Notes: a model not told the origin generated them from the sequence alone. Counted from the whole stretch's first letter, positions 36,777 through 50,224 are shown. The stretch is DNA of 63,756 nucleotides, filler included, from Octopus bimaculoides (GCF_001194135.2; 6 parts of 6 records of this genome joined end to end with filler, not necessarily neighbours in it), one strand, 5' to 3'. Numbers and translations are program-made.

Positions 36777-37322
36777 TGGGTTATTCAAAAAAGAATGAAC
36801 CGATTTGATTACGCAATATCTTGATAAGGAAAAGCAATAGAGAACTCCAGCTAAGTCACAAGTATTTACTCACAATCAACTTTTATTTCCTGTCTTACAA
36901 GTGTTCAATGTTGCCACCACCTGCAGCACGGGCAACATCAGTGCGATAAGAGTATTAACCCCCAGACGCGTATCACCATATGATCCAGTGAGTACTTCTT
37001 TAGCTGTCTGGTTGAATGCTTTACCGAAGTTTATCCATTTCCCTTCTATGTCAATATCTTCTGGAATCGTCTCAAGCGAAGGAAATTTATTCTTTAGTTC
37101 CATTAGGAACTTACTTTGATATGCCGATACGCGTCTGGGAGGAATTCACTTATCGCATTGATGTTGCCCGTGCTTCAGGTGGTGGTTACATTGAACACTT
37201 GTAAGACAGGAAATAAAAGTTGATTGTGAGTAAATACTTGTGACTTAGCTGGAGTTCTCTATCGCTTTTCCTTATTAAGATATTGCATAATTAAATCGGT
37301 TCATTCTTTTTGAATAACCTTG
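36777..37322. mobile_element. Foldback Tc1/mariner-like MITE with TIRs of about 197 bp and an RTE-derived spacer
   Basis: The left arm (36777-36974) is a slightly diverged inverted copy of the right arm (37126-37322). TA flanks. The spacer reads AYQSKFLMELKNKFPSLETIPEDIDIEGKWINFGKAFNQTAKEVLTG on the - strand. Confidence 0.9.
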
Positions 37323-38501
37323 TATAGTAAATGGCAGTCGTTGACAATTAAGTGATTAGCTGTGACTTATATATGTACTTGAACCAGATTGCCAAACTTC
37401 GCTCAGTTTATCACCTTCAAAGAAGAAAAATGACATATTGAGAATTTTAGTTCTAGATTCACTCTGTTTGAAAAAGAGATTTTCACGACTGGTCATTGAA
37501 TATTCTGTTAGGACTGCGATTCATAATTGTCTGAAATATGAATAATTAGTAATTTCTTGTTTTTCGGTCAGGTTGTGAAGAAAAGACAGACAAAAAGAAA
37601 GAATTAGAAAGAAATCTGACTAAATTAGAAAGACATATTTCACATTGCTTATTTTTTGTCTTTTAATATTTAGTTAGAGGAAGAAGAATAACATCTCTGA
37701 CCCTTTCAAGGGATTCTGAGATTGATTGGAGCAAAGGAAGAATTTATTCTCAATAAGAGATCTGATACAAATGTTTGCAACAGAGCAGACTCTGCTGAAG
37801 GCACTCCAAGACGGGTTGGTGGCGTTAAAGTTTTCTGTACTAGCATGGGCTAGTTCACTTATTTTGAGTAGAAGACACAGTGGGACTGAACCCGGAGTCA
37901 TGTAGTTGGGAAGCAAGCTTCTCCTACTAACAAATAATATCCATAGTAAATTTATGCATAACCTTCTGTTGGTGTCATGCACGCATATGTATGTACATAT
38001 ATACATATGTATACACACAAACACACACATATATATGCATATATGTGTGTATGTGTATATATATGAATATATATATATATATATATGCACACATATATAT
38101 AAATAAGTTCCATACGTACATACACATATATAGATAGATATAGATGGACGTATGTAACTTAAACTTATTAGTATATATTTACACATACGCACAAACACAC
38201 ACATATATATGCATATATAGTCTGTCATACCGGCCATGATGAAATACCACAAGGTATAGAAAATACGTATTCGCCTTTATATATTTAATCCTTTATATTG
38301 ATCACTCAATATTTCATATATTCAATAAGACATATTCCATATATTCAATAAGACATTCAATACTTCATTTCATTGTACCATCCTTTTTCATATTTTATAG
38401 TATATATTATATATTCCATATTCTATATCCCACATTAATTTTACAAGAGTATAAATAAAACATAAAAAACAGACAGGGTTGGAATTCTTTTAAATAAAAT
38501 A

Positions 38502-38533
<32 letters not shown>

Positions 38534-38921
38534 GTATGTATAAGCTCAGACATACATTTGTATATATTCATACGTACATACATAAACATGCTCATATATG
38601 TAAACATTAGTGATTGGGTTCTTTGTCAAGTCCTTGCTGAAGACATGGCGATGCATATTGTAACGTAGCAAAGTATACACAGAACAGGGAGCACGAAAAA
38701 GAAAAAATACTGATACTATGCTAAACATTGAAATAGCGCAATACACACATACACACGCATGCGCACAGACATATACTTTATCTATGAGATAAAGCTACCA
38801 TTTGAGACGAACACTGATGTTCCTTGTGATAGCCTTAATCCACAAATAAAGAATTTTTATCCACCAATGCGACGTTGGGAACTCATCTACGTACATACAT
38901 ATATATATATATATATATATA

Positions 38922-39021
38922 NNNNNNNNNNNNNNNNNNNNNNNNNNNNNNNNNNNNNNNNNNNNTTAATTAATTAANNNNNNNNNNNNNNNNNNNNNNN
39001 NNNNNNNNNNNNNNNNNNNNN
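38922..39021. other. Artificial scaffold join
   Basis: 44 N + TTAATTAATTAA (38966-38977) + 44 N. Confidence 0.95.
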
Positions 39022-39197
39022 ATATATATATATATATATATATACGTGTATACATATACATATTCATGCATACGTATATACATATGTATAACACATACGT
39101 ATATATTGAAAGACAAATGCACACAGAGATCTTTAGTGTCTGTGTGTATATGTGTGCGTATATGTGTGTATGTGTGTGTGGTGTGTGTATGTGTGTA

Positions 39198-39229
<32 letters not shown>

Positions 39230-40836
39230 AGTGTTTGTGTGTATATGTATGTGTACATGAGTACATATGTATGAGAAATATATTCCCTCTTTACAATCAA
39301 TTTTAAAAATGCGTTTCGAAAAATAATAATTACAACGACAACAACAATGACAATAATAATAATAGTAGTAATAATAATAATATTAATAATTGCATCTTTT
39401 TTTCTTTACATTCTATGTTATTTGAAGAACAAGAGAAAAACATACAAAAAGCAGAAAGAAACTTCTAAAAATCCCAAAAATAATAAAAAGAAAAGCAAAA
39501 AAAAAATAATGGAACGAATAAAATTCTTTAAAAGAATCTTCATTCTCATCACCATTATACTTGAATAAAAAAAAATTATGGCTTTCAACCCCTTGAAAAT
39601 TTATCACTTTAACGACAGCAGCAGTAGCANNNNNNNNNNNNNNNNNNNNNNNNNNNNNNNNNNNNNNNNNNNNNNNNNNNNNNNNNNNNNNNNNNNNNNN
39701 NNNNNNNNNNNNNNNNNNNNNNNNNNNNNNNNNNNNNNNNNNNNNNNNNNNNNNNNNNNNNNNNNNNNNNNNNNNNNNNNNNNNNNNNNNNNNNNNNNNN
39801 NNNNNNNNNNNNNNNNNNNNNNNNNNNNNNNNNNNNNNNNNNNNNNNNNNNNNNNNNNNNNNNNNNNNNNNNNNNNNNNNNNNNNNNNNNNNNNNNNNNN
39901 NNNNNNNNNNNNNNNNNNNNNNNNNNNNNNNNNNNNNNNNNNNNNNNNNNNNNNNNNNNNNNNNNNNNNNNNNNNNNNNNNNNNNNNNNNNNNNNNNNNN
40001 NNNNNNNNNNNNNNNNNNNNNNNNNNNNNNNNNNNNNNNNNNNNNNNNNNNNNNNNNNNNNNNNNNNNNNNNNNNNNNNNNNNNNNNNNNNNNNNNNNNN
40101 NNNNNNNNNNNNNNNNNNNNNNNNNNNNNNNNNNNNNNNNNNNNNNNNNNNNNNNNNNNNNNNNNNNNNNNNNNNNNNNNNNNNNNNNNNNNNNNNNNNN
40201 NNNNNNNNNNNNNNNNNNNNNNNNNNNNNNNNNNNNNNNNNNNNNNNNNNNNNNNNNNNNNNNNNNNNNNNNNNNNNNNNNNNNNNNNNNNNNNNNNNNN
40301 NNNNNNNNNNNNNNNNNNNNNNNNNNNNNNNNNNNNNNNNNNNNNNNNNNNNNNNNNNNNNNNNNNNNNNNNNNNNNNNNNNNNNNNNNNNNNNNNNNNN
40401 NNNNNNNNNNNNNNNNNNNNNNNNNNNNNNNNNNNNNNNNNNNNNNNNNNNNNNNNNNNNNNNNNNNNNNNNNNNNNNNNNNNNNNNNNNNNNNNNNNNN
40501 NNNNNNNNNNNNNNNNNNNNNNNNNNNNNNNNNNNNNNNNNNNNNNNNNNNNNNNNNNNNNNNNNNNNNNNNNNNNNNNNNNATATATATATATAAATAA
40601 ATGTGCGTGTGTGTGTATGTGTGTGTATGTGTGTGTGTATCTAATTGTGTTTGTGTCAGGGAGGTGGTTAGGTATTTTTGTAACTGTGTGATTAGATTAT
40701 CTGAGCTGTTTAAGTCTAGTAAATGATCGTACCTGTCTGTCTGTCTGTCTGTCTAGCTGTCTGTCTGTCTAGCTGTCTGTCTATCTGTCTGTCTGACTGT
40801 CTGTCGGTGTGTCTGTCAGTTAGTCTGTCTGTCTGT

Positions 40837-40867
<31 letters not shown>

Positions 40868-41217
40868 TCATTCAGTTTTCAACATCACATTGTTGCACAC
40901 CTAATTTTCTCTCTTTTTGTATTCCTTACACAGCCGGCAACAACACCACCACCAACAACAACAACAACAACAGCAGCAGCAGCAGCAGCAGCAACACTGA
41001 TCACAAACAAATATAACTACACAAACTGAATAATATAACAATAAACGATCGAATCAGTTTAATCTTAATGTTGCAATTGTTGTTGTTTTCTCTTTCAATT
41101 GTTCATTTCTTTAACATTTTTCACCCCCACTTCACCACTACCACCACTGTCACCACACCTCCCTGATGCTAGCATACAAACAAAATAAAAGCACACATAC
41201 AGAATAAACACACGCTC

Positions 41218-41300
<83 letters not shown>

Positions 41301-41303
41301 AGA

Positions 41304-41337
<34 letters not shown>

Positions 41338-41456
41338 CGTATGTGTGTATATATATTTATGTAAGTATATACACAAACTAGTTTTATGCGTATACAAATG
41401 TATACATCTCTATATATATATATATAAATACGTGTGCACGCACGCACACACACGCA

Positions 41457-41490
<34 letters not shown>

Positions 41491-42319
41491 CATACATACA
41501 TACATTCATACGTACATATAGTCACCATATTGATTGAATTCTTCAGAAAGGAAACATATTTCCAATTCTGTAGAAACCTTTTCCTTCTGCTTTCTTTCAC
41601 CCATTCTTCAATCGCCTATTTTTTTTTCTCGAATAAATAAATGAATAGATAAATAAATAAATAAATAAATAAAATAAAATAAAATAATTAATTAAATACA
41701 TTAATAGAATAAATTTCAAAAAATTTTTCTTTGCCATAATTCACCTCGTTACACTCTGCCATAAAGCAAAACTATGACAGTGCTGATGGCGGCAGCGGTG
41801 GTGAGGTGGGTGTAGGGGTGGGGCAGCGGCGGCGGTGGTAAGGTGGGCGAAGGGGTAGGGCAGCGGCGGCGACTACGTTGGTGGTAAGTGTGTTGGCGGT
41901 GGTGCTACCAGGATTAACACTGTCACCAGCACAAACTCTGGCACCACTTGGGAATCACTCTTCTAACCCAGCCCTCACTCAACAAGCCATCCCTTCTGCT
42001 TAAATCACACTACCACCACTATCATTGTCCTTTGCTGCAACCGCTCCGCACTTTGCTGCATCCGCTGCCACCACCACGGGCACCGCCGCCTGCATCACCA
42101 TCATTGTCTTAAACTTCTTTCAAGCTAGTTATCATTGCTACTTAAATTGGTGGTGGATCCTCGATCAATGTCGACGAGGAACATTCATTTGTTTGAGTAA
42201 AAGAACTGCGGCTGGATAAAAATCGACCTGTAAGCCATTGGCATGTGGACTTTTGAATCAACATAAACACACAAAGTGACAAAACTATGCCTCTTAAGTT
42301 TAGGTACAATCCAGAGAAG

Positions 42320-42416
<97 letters not shown>

Positions 42417-42760
42417 TGATGGGGGAGAGACGGAAGGAGAACCGATTCCGAAGGACAAACGGCGAAGTTAACTTCAGAAAGATTTGAACTCAATGTGAAG
42501 AACACTGGATTAAATACCGCAAGGCACACTCTCTTAGGCCCTAACGATTTTTACCAATTCACCGCCCGCTTTCTCATTGTTTTTTTTCCCTTCTGTTCCT
42601 CATGTACCACCACCATCAACCATCTAAAGCCGTCTTAGCGACAAGATAAGTCCTTAGGCAAAGGAATGATCTGTAATGTCTAACATATACAATCATACAT
42701 CCAAAACAACTAATTTATATAATCATATGGTTGCGTATAGACGCAGGCATGGCTATACAT

Positions 42761-42800
<40 letters not shown>

Positions 42801-42879
42801 TCACACATACTCACACATACACACACATACATATATACATACATATATATTCTGTGTGTGTGCGCGCGTGCCCGTGTTT

Positions 42880-43055
42880 GTCACCCACAAGCCAATATTG
42901 GCTTGTTTACGTTCCCGTAACTTAGCTGTTTGGCAAAAAGAGACTGATAGAATAAGTACCAGGCTTTTAAAAAAAGACTAGTCGAATCATTCCAAAACGT
43001 TCTTCAAGGCGGTGCCCCGACATGGCCGAAATATAATAACTGAAACAGATAAAAT
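42880..43055 (+). mobile_element. SINE family A, 3' half
   Basis: Contains gtttacgttcccgtaacttagc...gatagaataagtaccaggc...aaggcggtgcccc. Confidence 0.75.
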
Positions 43056-43069
43056 AAAAGTTATTCTAG

Positions 43070-45330
43070 TCTTATTTGGCATCATCAGTGCTGAAATCAC
43101 TGGAAGTTATTTATTTATGATAAACTGTTTTGACGTATTTTTTATCTAAGAGAGAATTATTCCTCTAATGTCATTTTCATTAACTTGCCCCAATCCGAAG
43201 GGCCATGACATTTTTATATTTGGTAGTTTAAATGTGGGGACAAAACTTTTCACCAGAATTTGGATAATTCCTGCTTGAGACAATTGCCAAAGTGTTACAA
43301 CTTATGTTAGTTTAGAGAGGCGCCTTCTGTAACACGTCCGTCATCCGTAGCCCTCTTCATCCGTTCATATGTTCACTCAATGGAATTTGGTGAGCATTAG
43401 TGTTCCGGGTTTGTTGTCTGTGGACTCGTGAGCGTTCCGATAATGTATTCCCTATCTCGCCAATATATATAGTTCCTCGCAATTCGGGCATTTAATGCAG
43501 TAGATCAAATTTCTGCTTTTACAGTTCATAACTGCATTTGCAAAAATCTGTTCATTTTTTTGTTCTAATGGATCTACCAGTATGCATGTATTGACACGTT
43601 CCACATTCATTATCATTACACTTGGATAGTGTAAATATTTTATCCTGTTTGTTCATGTTGAATTTTGCCATCGTTAATAGTTTCTTCAAGTTATGTGGTT
43701 GCCTTTTGCTTAAGATAAGTGTTTGATTAGTTATTGTGTTTTTAAATTTTTTAACTTTGTTTCATGATTGGCACATTTCTTTTGATGATGTTAAAAATGT
43801 TTTGGTGATGCGGATTGCGTTTTACTAGAAATGTTATTGCGTTCCTTTGATGGCTTCCTCTTTCTCGTGTTGCTCTAAGTTGATCTATAGGTATCTCTTT
43901 TGCTCGTTGTATGTAATTTTTTATAAGTAGGAGAGGGTACTTTTGCTTGAGCAGAAATCTTTTGAGTTCTATGAATCGTATGTTCCTGGTATTTAGATCA
44001 TCTACTATAGTACAAATTTTCCAGGCTAGACAGTACGGGATGCTGCATTTTGTGTGTGTTGAATGGCATGATTTGAAATTTAGGTACTAATGTGTATCTG
44101 TGTTTTTGTAATGAATATCAGTTGTGATTGTGTTGTCTTAAATTACCATTATGTCAAGAAATGGTAATTATGTGTTGCTCATTTCTCTTGTGAATTTGAG
44201 ATTAGGGTGTATATGGTTGAGGAGGGTGCTGAATTCTTCCAGATTTTCTAGGGATTTGGTCCAAATTAGGAAACAGTCATCGAGGTATCTTCCATGTGTC
44301 CTCTCTATGTCTTTTAAAGGTCATGCCGTAGTTCTCTTCAATTTTTTGATATAGATTTTGTTCCAAGTATCCCAATACTGAGTTCGCGAAAACTGCAGCA
44401 AATCTCGTTCCCATAGCTGTGCCTCGAATCTTTTTTCCGTTGGAAAAACTGGAGCAAATCACGTTCCCATAGCTGTGCCTCGGATAGGTTTTTTCTGTTG
44501 AAAAGGAATGGATTATTTTCGAAGATGAGGTTGACCGCATCTAGTATGAAATTTACGGTAAATCTACTGGGGATCACTTCTCAATTTTTTCTCGATCAAA
44601 TATTTCATGGCAGTAATTCCCAAATCATGTGGAATGTTCGTATATAAGTTTGTTACACCAAAACTAGCAGTGAATTGGATTCTGTTGTTTTGGGGCAGAT
44701 ATGACAGGAAATCGATGCCATCCCGAATGAAACTGGGTATGTGACTACATAGTAGTTTTAGGATAATGTCAATGAGGTTCCTCAGACGAAGTGTAGGACA
44801 GACTGGACCAGCTATAATGGGTCTTAGTTTAAGGTCTTTATCCGTTTGTTTGATGACAATTGTGATGTCGTTTTTAAGACGTATAAGGGCAGACTTTTCT
44901 AGTTTTGAATTTGGTAAGACCTTGATGCTATGCCTCAGGGGAAATCTGGAGAGGATATCAATGATTTAGATGTGTATTTCGTCCTTTTGGCGGGTAAAAT
45001 TTTTATTTATTTTTCGCCAAAGATTTGTCATTCTCATTATTTTTATCAGTAAGAAACTCCACAACTCGTAGTTTCCGACAAAAGTTTTTGATATCTTCCT
45101 CCAATTCCTGATGGTTGACTGTAAGTGTAGGTATGAATTTTAGTCCTTTCATCAATAATTGAAGTTCGTCACTCTATATTTCTTTTTGACAGATTAATAA
45201 TTTTAAGGTCTATCCTATCAGTTGTTTCACAGTTGTTTATTCTTCGCCTTTTTCATTCTCCGGTGTTTGCTGTCTTTACCTTAAAAATGATATTGGATAA
45301 GTCTTGATCAAAATGCCATAATTTATATCT
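43070..45330 (-). mobile_element. Penelope-like retroelement (RT + GIY-YIG), pseudogenised and internally deleted
   Basis: Motifs KGLKFIPT, ELEEDIKNFCRKLRVVEFL, LRPIIAGPVCPT, NLYTNIPHDLG, IRGTAMGTRFAAVFAN, RYLDDCFLIW, LPFLDI, HYKNTDTH*YL, LKCPNCEELYIGEIG. Confidence 0.9.
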
Positions 45331-45749
45331 GCCCTTCCAGAATCTGCATTATAGTTACTATTACTAAAACCATCAGTTCCACCACTGTTCTTACCATCAC
45401 TTCTTCCACCACCACCAATCGTTCCATCACCCTAATCTCCACTGACTCCAATGCTACAATCACTATTGTAAATAAAATAAAATATCGCCTCCCTCAGCTC
45501 CAACAACATTGCTTCAAGCATTCCACTTTCTACTTTTCCGTTTTTTTTTTTCTTTATCTTATTCTTTGATTCTAACAAGATCTTAAAGCATCGCATATTA
45601 ATTCTTCACTAACAACCAGACGATATTGCTCCATGCGCCGTATTTAATGCACACGACTTAATGAAAAACACATATTAAGAGAATAGTTACAGCAACAACT
45701 ATTGCAACAGTAAAGCCAGCGATAGCAACAATATCAATGATAGAGATAG

Positions 45750-46216
45750 CAACAACTGCAAAGAGGAAGGGGGAGGGGAAGAGGAGAGGAGGGGAGGAGG
45801 AGAAGAGGAGAGAAGGGGAGGAGGAGAGGAGGGGAGGAGGCGGAGGAAGAAGAGGGCGAGGAAGAAGAGGGCGAGGAAGAAGACGAAGAAGAGGAGGAGA
45901 AGGCCAAGGAAATAGAGAAAGTAGAGGAGGGCAAGTAAGAAGACGAGGAAGAAAACGAGGAGGAAGTAAACGAAGAGGAAAAAGTCGAGGATGAGAGGGA
46001 GAAGAGGAGGAGAAGGCCAAGGAAATAGAGGAAGTAGAGGAGGGCAAGTAAGAAGACGAGGAAGAAAACGAGGAGGAAGTAAACGAAGAGGAAAAAGTCG
46101 AGGATGAGAGGAAGAAGAAGAAGAAGAAGAAGAAGAAGAAGAAGAAGAACAAGAAGAAGAAGAAGAAGAAGAAGAAGAAGAAGAAGAAGAAGAAGAAGAA
46201 GAAGAAGAAGAAGAAG

Positions 46217-46247
<31 letters not shown>

Positions 46248-46250
46248 GGA
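45750..46250. repeat. Purine-rich (GAG/GAA)n block with a 113-bp tandem duplication and a long (GAA)n
   Basis: aggccaaggaaatagag...gtcgaggatgagagg starts at 45901 and again at 46014. Confidence 0.88.
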
Positions 46251-46615
46251 GGAAAACGAAGGGGCAGAAGACGAGGAAGAGAAGCAGAAGAGGATGTTGA
46301 AGGAAGGAGAGGAGGAGGAGGTTGAAGGAAGGAGAGGAGGAGGTGGGGAAGGGGACGACGACGACAACAATAACACTGCCAGAAGCAACAACGGCAACAA
46401 ACTTATTAATAACAATAACAAAAAACAAAACAATCATACAAAAAGGTAAGAACACATACAAATACACACACATACATGCATACGCACAGAAACTCACGTA
46501 ACCCTCGCACGCGCGCGCGTGCATAAACCGCAAAGCGGGAAGAAACAATACCGCTTGAGCAAACTAAAGATGTGAAACACTTATTAACTCCATTGAAACA
46601 TAAGCCGTGTGTGTA

Positions 46616-46656
<41 letters not shown>

Positions 46657-47621
46657 NNNNNNNNNNNNNNNNNNNNNNNNNNNNNNNNNNNNNNNNNNNN
46701 NNNNNNNNNNNNNNNNNNNNNNNNNNNNNNNNNNNNNNNNNNNNNNNNNNNNNNNNNNNNNNNNNNNNNNNNNNNNNNNNNNNNNNNNNNNNNNNNNNNN
46801 NNNNNNNNNNNNNNNNNNNNNNNNNNNNNNNNNNNNNNNNNNNNNNNNNNNNNNNNNNNNNNNNNNNNNNNNNNNNNNNNNNNNNNNNNNNNNNNNNNNN
46901 NNNNNNNNNNNNNNNNNNNNNNNNNNNNNNNNNNNNNNNNNNNNNNNNNNNNNNNNNNNNNNNNNNNNNNNNNNNNNNNNNNNNNNNNNNNNNNNNNNNN
47001 NNNNNNNNNNNNNNNNNNNNNNNNNNNNNNNNNNNNNNNNNNNNNNNNNNNNNNNNNNNNNNNNNNNNNNNNNNNNNNNNNNNNNNNNNNNNNNNNNNNN
47101 NNNNNNNNNNNNNNNNNNNNNNNNNNNNNNNNNNNNNNNNNNNNNNNNNNNNNNNNNNNNNNNNNNNNNNNNNNNNNNNNNNNNNNNNNNNNNNNNNNNN
47201 NNNNNNNNNNNNNNNNNNNNNNNNNNNNNNNNNNNNNNNNNNNNNNNNNNNNNNNNNNNNNNNNNNNNNNNNNNNNNNNNNNNNNNNNNNNNNNNNNNNN
47301 NNNNNNNNNNNNNNNNNNNNNNNNNNNNNNNNNNNNNNNNNNNNNNNNNNNNNNNNNNNNNNNNNNNNNNNNNNNNNNNNNNNNNNNNNNNNNNNNNNNN
47401 NNNNNNNNNNNNNNNNNNNNNNNNNNNNNNNNNNNNNNNNNNNNNNNNNNNNNNNNNNNNNNNNNNNNNNNNNNNNNNNNNNNNNNNNNNNNNNNNNNNN
47501 NNNNNNNNNNNNNNNNNNNNNNNNNNNNNNNNNNNNNNNNNNNNNNNNNNNNNNNNNNNNNNNNNNNNNNNNNNNNNNNNNNNNNNNNNNNNNNNNNNNN
47601 NNNNNNNNNNNNNNNNNNNNN

Positions 47622-47666
<45 letters not shown>

Positions 47667-48365
47667 CTTTGTGTCTGTGTTTGTCCTCTCCTTCCCTTGA
47701 CAACCGATGTTGGTGTGTTTACGTCCCCGTAACTTAGCGGTTCTGCAGAAGAGATCAATATGAATGCACCTGTGCACTTGATTTAAATCCATAATGTTAT
47801 AAGGTTGCAACTCACACGTGATTGATTTTTCGGTACGTATTAAGCTACATAATTATGCACTGTTTTAGCGATCCTACTGATGAACTACGGATGACAAATT
47901 AATTTATTTGATCATTAATAGGGAAACTCGAGTATGGGATTAACTAAAAGTAGTAATTCCTTTAGAATTGCTTTTTCGTGGTTTTGGGTTTAACTGCCCC
48001 TTTTAGTATGTAAGTAGTCTTGTCATGAGTTCTTCTCTTTGTGTGTACATCTTTATACACTCTTATGTATGAAAATATGTTGTCTTGTCTTTCTGTGTTC
48101 CTTCCTGTAACTTGGGGGAGATTTTGCTACTATTTCTAACATGTCGAACGATTACGCAGAGGCTTCCCTCTTGACTTTTGTCATTGCAGTTGATTTCAAC
48201 GGTAAGCACTCAGCAAAGACCTTTTTAAATGAAGTAAGTCCGAATTAAAGAGGCAACGCCTATGAAGCCTGCAGGCCTTACAATGTTTGATCGTATCGAT
48301 GTAGACGATGACCGACGTGAATATATTGACCAACAGATGTGTGAGGAGCAGCAAGAGCTGTGTTC

Positions 48366-48810
48366 ACTGAAGTGACCACTGATACAAAAAAAGGGCGGAA
48401 TACCAACAAAATTATTAGTTTCTCGAAATATGAAGATTTATTTACTTTATTATTATTGGTATATAAATAGTTAACGTAGTATAGTTATTATTTTAGAAGT
48501 AAATGGTAGTGAAATGCCCATCGTCAGAAAAAGGGTGAGGTACAGAAAAAAGGCGAGAAACAACAAAAATTGTGCCAATTGAAGTAACCTCAGATACAGA
48601 AAAGAGTGAGGACCAACAGAAATTGTGTCTATTGAAGTGACCAAAGGTAGAGAAAGAGGGCGGGAATCAACAAAAACTGTACCTATTGAAGTGACCAGAG
48701 ACGCAGAAATAGGGCAGGGACCGAAAGAAATTTTGCCTATTGAAGTGACCACAGATATGTGAATAATGTGAAGGCCAAGAACAGCTTTGTGCATTGAAGT
48801 GACCAACGTC
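48366..48810. repeat. Degenerate 53-54-bp tandem repeat anchored on attgaagtgacc
   Basis: Anchors at 48366, 48578, 48631, 48685, 48739 and 48793. Confidence 0.85.
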
Positions 48811-49973
48811 TCAGTATGACTTTAAACTGCACTTGATAGTGGGGTCCTGGTTTTGTGGAGTGTGGACCTACTCCTTAGCTACTGTTGTTCCTGGGTCTAC
48901 TCCAATTCGAAGCAGTTAGGATCCCTGTTATAGGTTAATTAACATATTAGAGTTTGGCTGCCTATGCATGCAAGGTCGGATCCGGCGGGATCTGTGGAAG
49001 AAAACTTAATGGTTCAACGCATCGTGGAGTACAGAGAGCAAGATGAAGCAAATAAGACATCTTGATCATCCATTGTATCTGTCCCCATTTCCAGTCGACT
49101 TGACCTGGTCTTGCTTCTGGACTGAAGACGGTCACAGAGGAGAGAGTGAGGTTAACGGTGCGCAACTTTTTTTGACTTTAAGCTAAGTCATCGCGCAAGT
49201 CATCAGTCATCATTAAGGATGACAAGATGATCCTTGTCGTTCCGACAGGCGAACATTTACATATTGAGGTGACTAAAGGTGATTACTTCTGAAGGATAGA
49301 AGCATCTGTGGTGGCTTGACCCGTTAGAAATAGCTGACATGCTTTCCTCAAAATGCACTTTTGCTGTCCTGTGCAAAACAGCACTCACCTTACAACGTAA
49401 TTCTAGGTATTCAAAAAACTGTGTGGCCATGAATGGAGGGTTTTTGATCATAGGTCTCAGATATCTGAGCTGACCGCGATTAAGAAAAACAACCACTTCA
49501 GATAGATAAGGCAAAAATGAATTTCTATGTGGCCCCCGAAATCTCAGCATAAAATGTATAATGTAGTAATTGCTTTTTGTCTGAAGAAAGATTAGATGGT
49601 CAGCTCTGGAACACCTTTGTACACATCTGCTCTGTCAAAGCTGATCCGAGCTTAAACAACAACAACAGAGACTTCAAATAGACAAAAGACACTGGGAGTC
49701 AATGAGAAGCATCTATGTCATTGGTCGAACTGCTAGAAATAGCATCCAAATCTCCATCAGTTCATACTACCACCACATATGTAAGTACAAGAATGATTTA
49801 TTTAATCAACAGGCAAAATAGCTAGCTATAAAATCTCTATAAGAGATGAAAGTAGTGGCTATACTGAGAAGTAATGTTTATCACTACATAAATATGGATG
49901 TTCGACGCTACTACTATTTTTAACCCCAGAAAGAGCCTTCTCCAGCCACTTATTGGATACAATCTGCACCCGG

Positions 49974-50123
49974 TATATATTGCGAGCAAGGAAGCGAATC
50001 CCTACCATCTTCCAGAAGATGACGGGATCACCAGACTAAACGGTTTCGGGATGTTTGTGCCCATCGTCAATAAACATTCAGCGGCTAGAGTTTGCAGTGA
50101 TTCGCTGCTGCTCGCAATATATA
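49974..50123. mobile_element. Small MITE-like element with inverted ends of about 25 bp
   Basis: tatatattgcgagcaaggaagcgaatc ... gattcgctgctgctcgcaatatata. Confidence 0.55.
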
Positions 50124-50224
50124 GAAAACCAAGCGATAATCAATCACTGATCTTGCAACAAGCAAAGTAGCTAGTTAGAAAATCTCTACAAGAGATGAAC
50201 GCTGACTATTTAATCTAGGATATA

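Noticed and set aside
46108-46446. Acidic ORF ending at a good donor (AAAAG|gtaaga)
   Set aside because: It derives from (GAA)n/(GAG)n low-complexity DNA, has an upstream in-frame stop and no acceptor.
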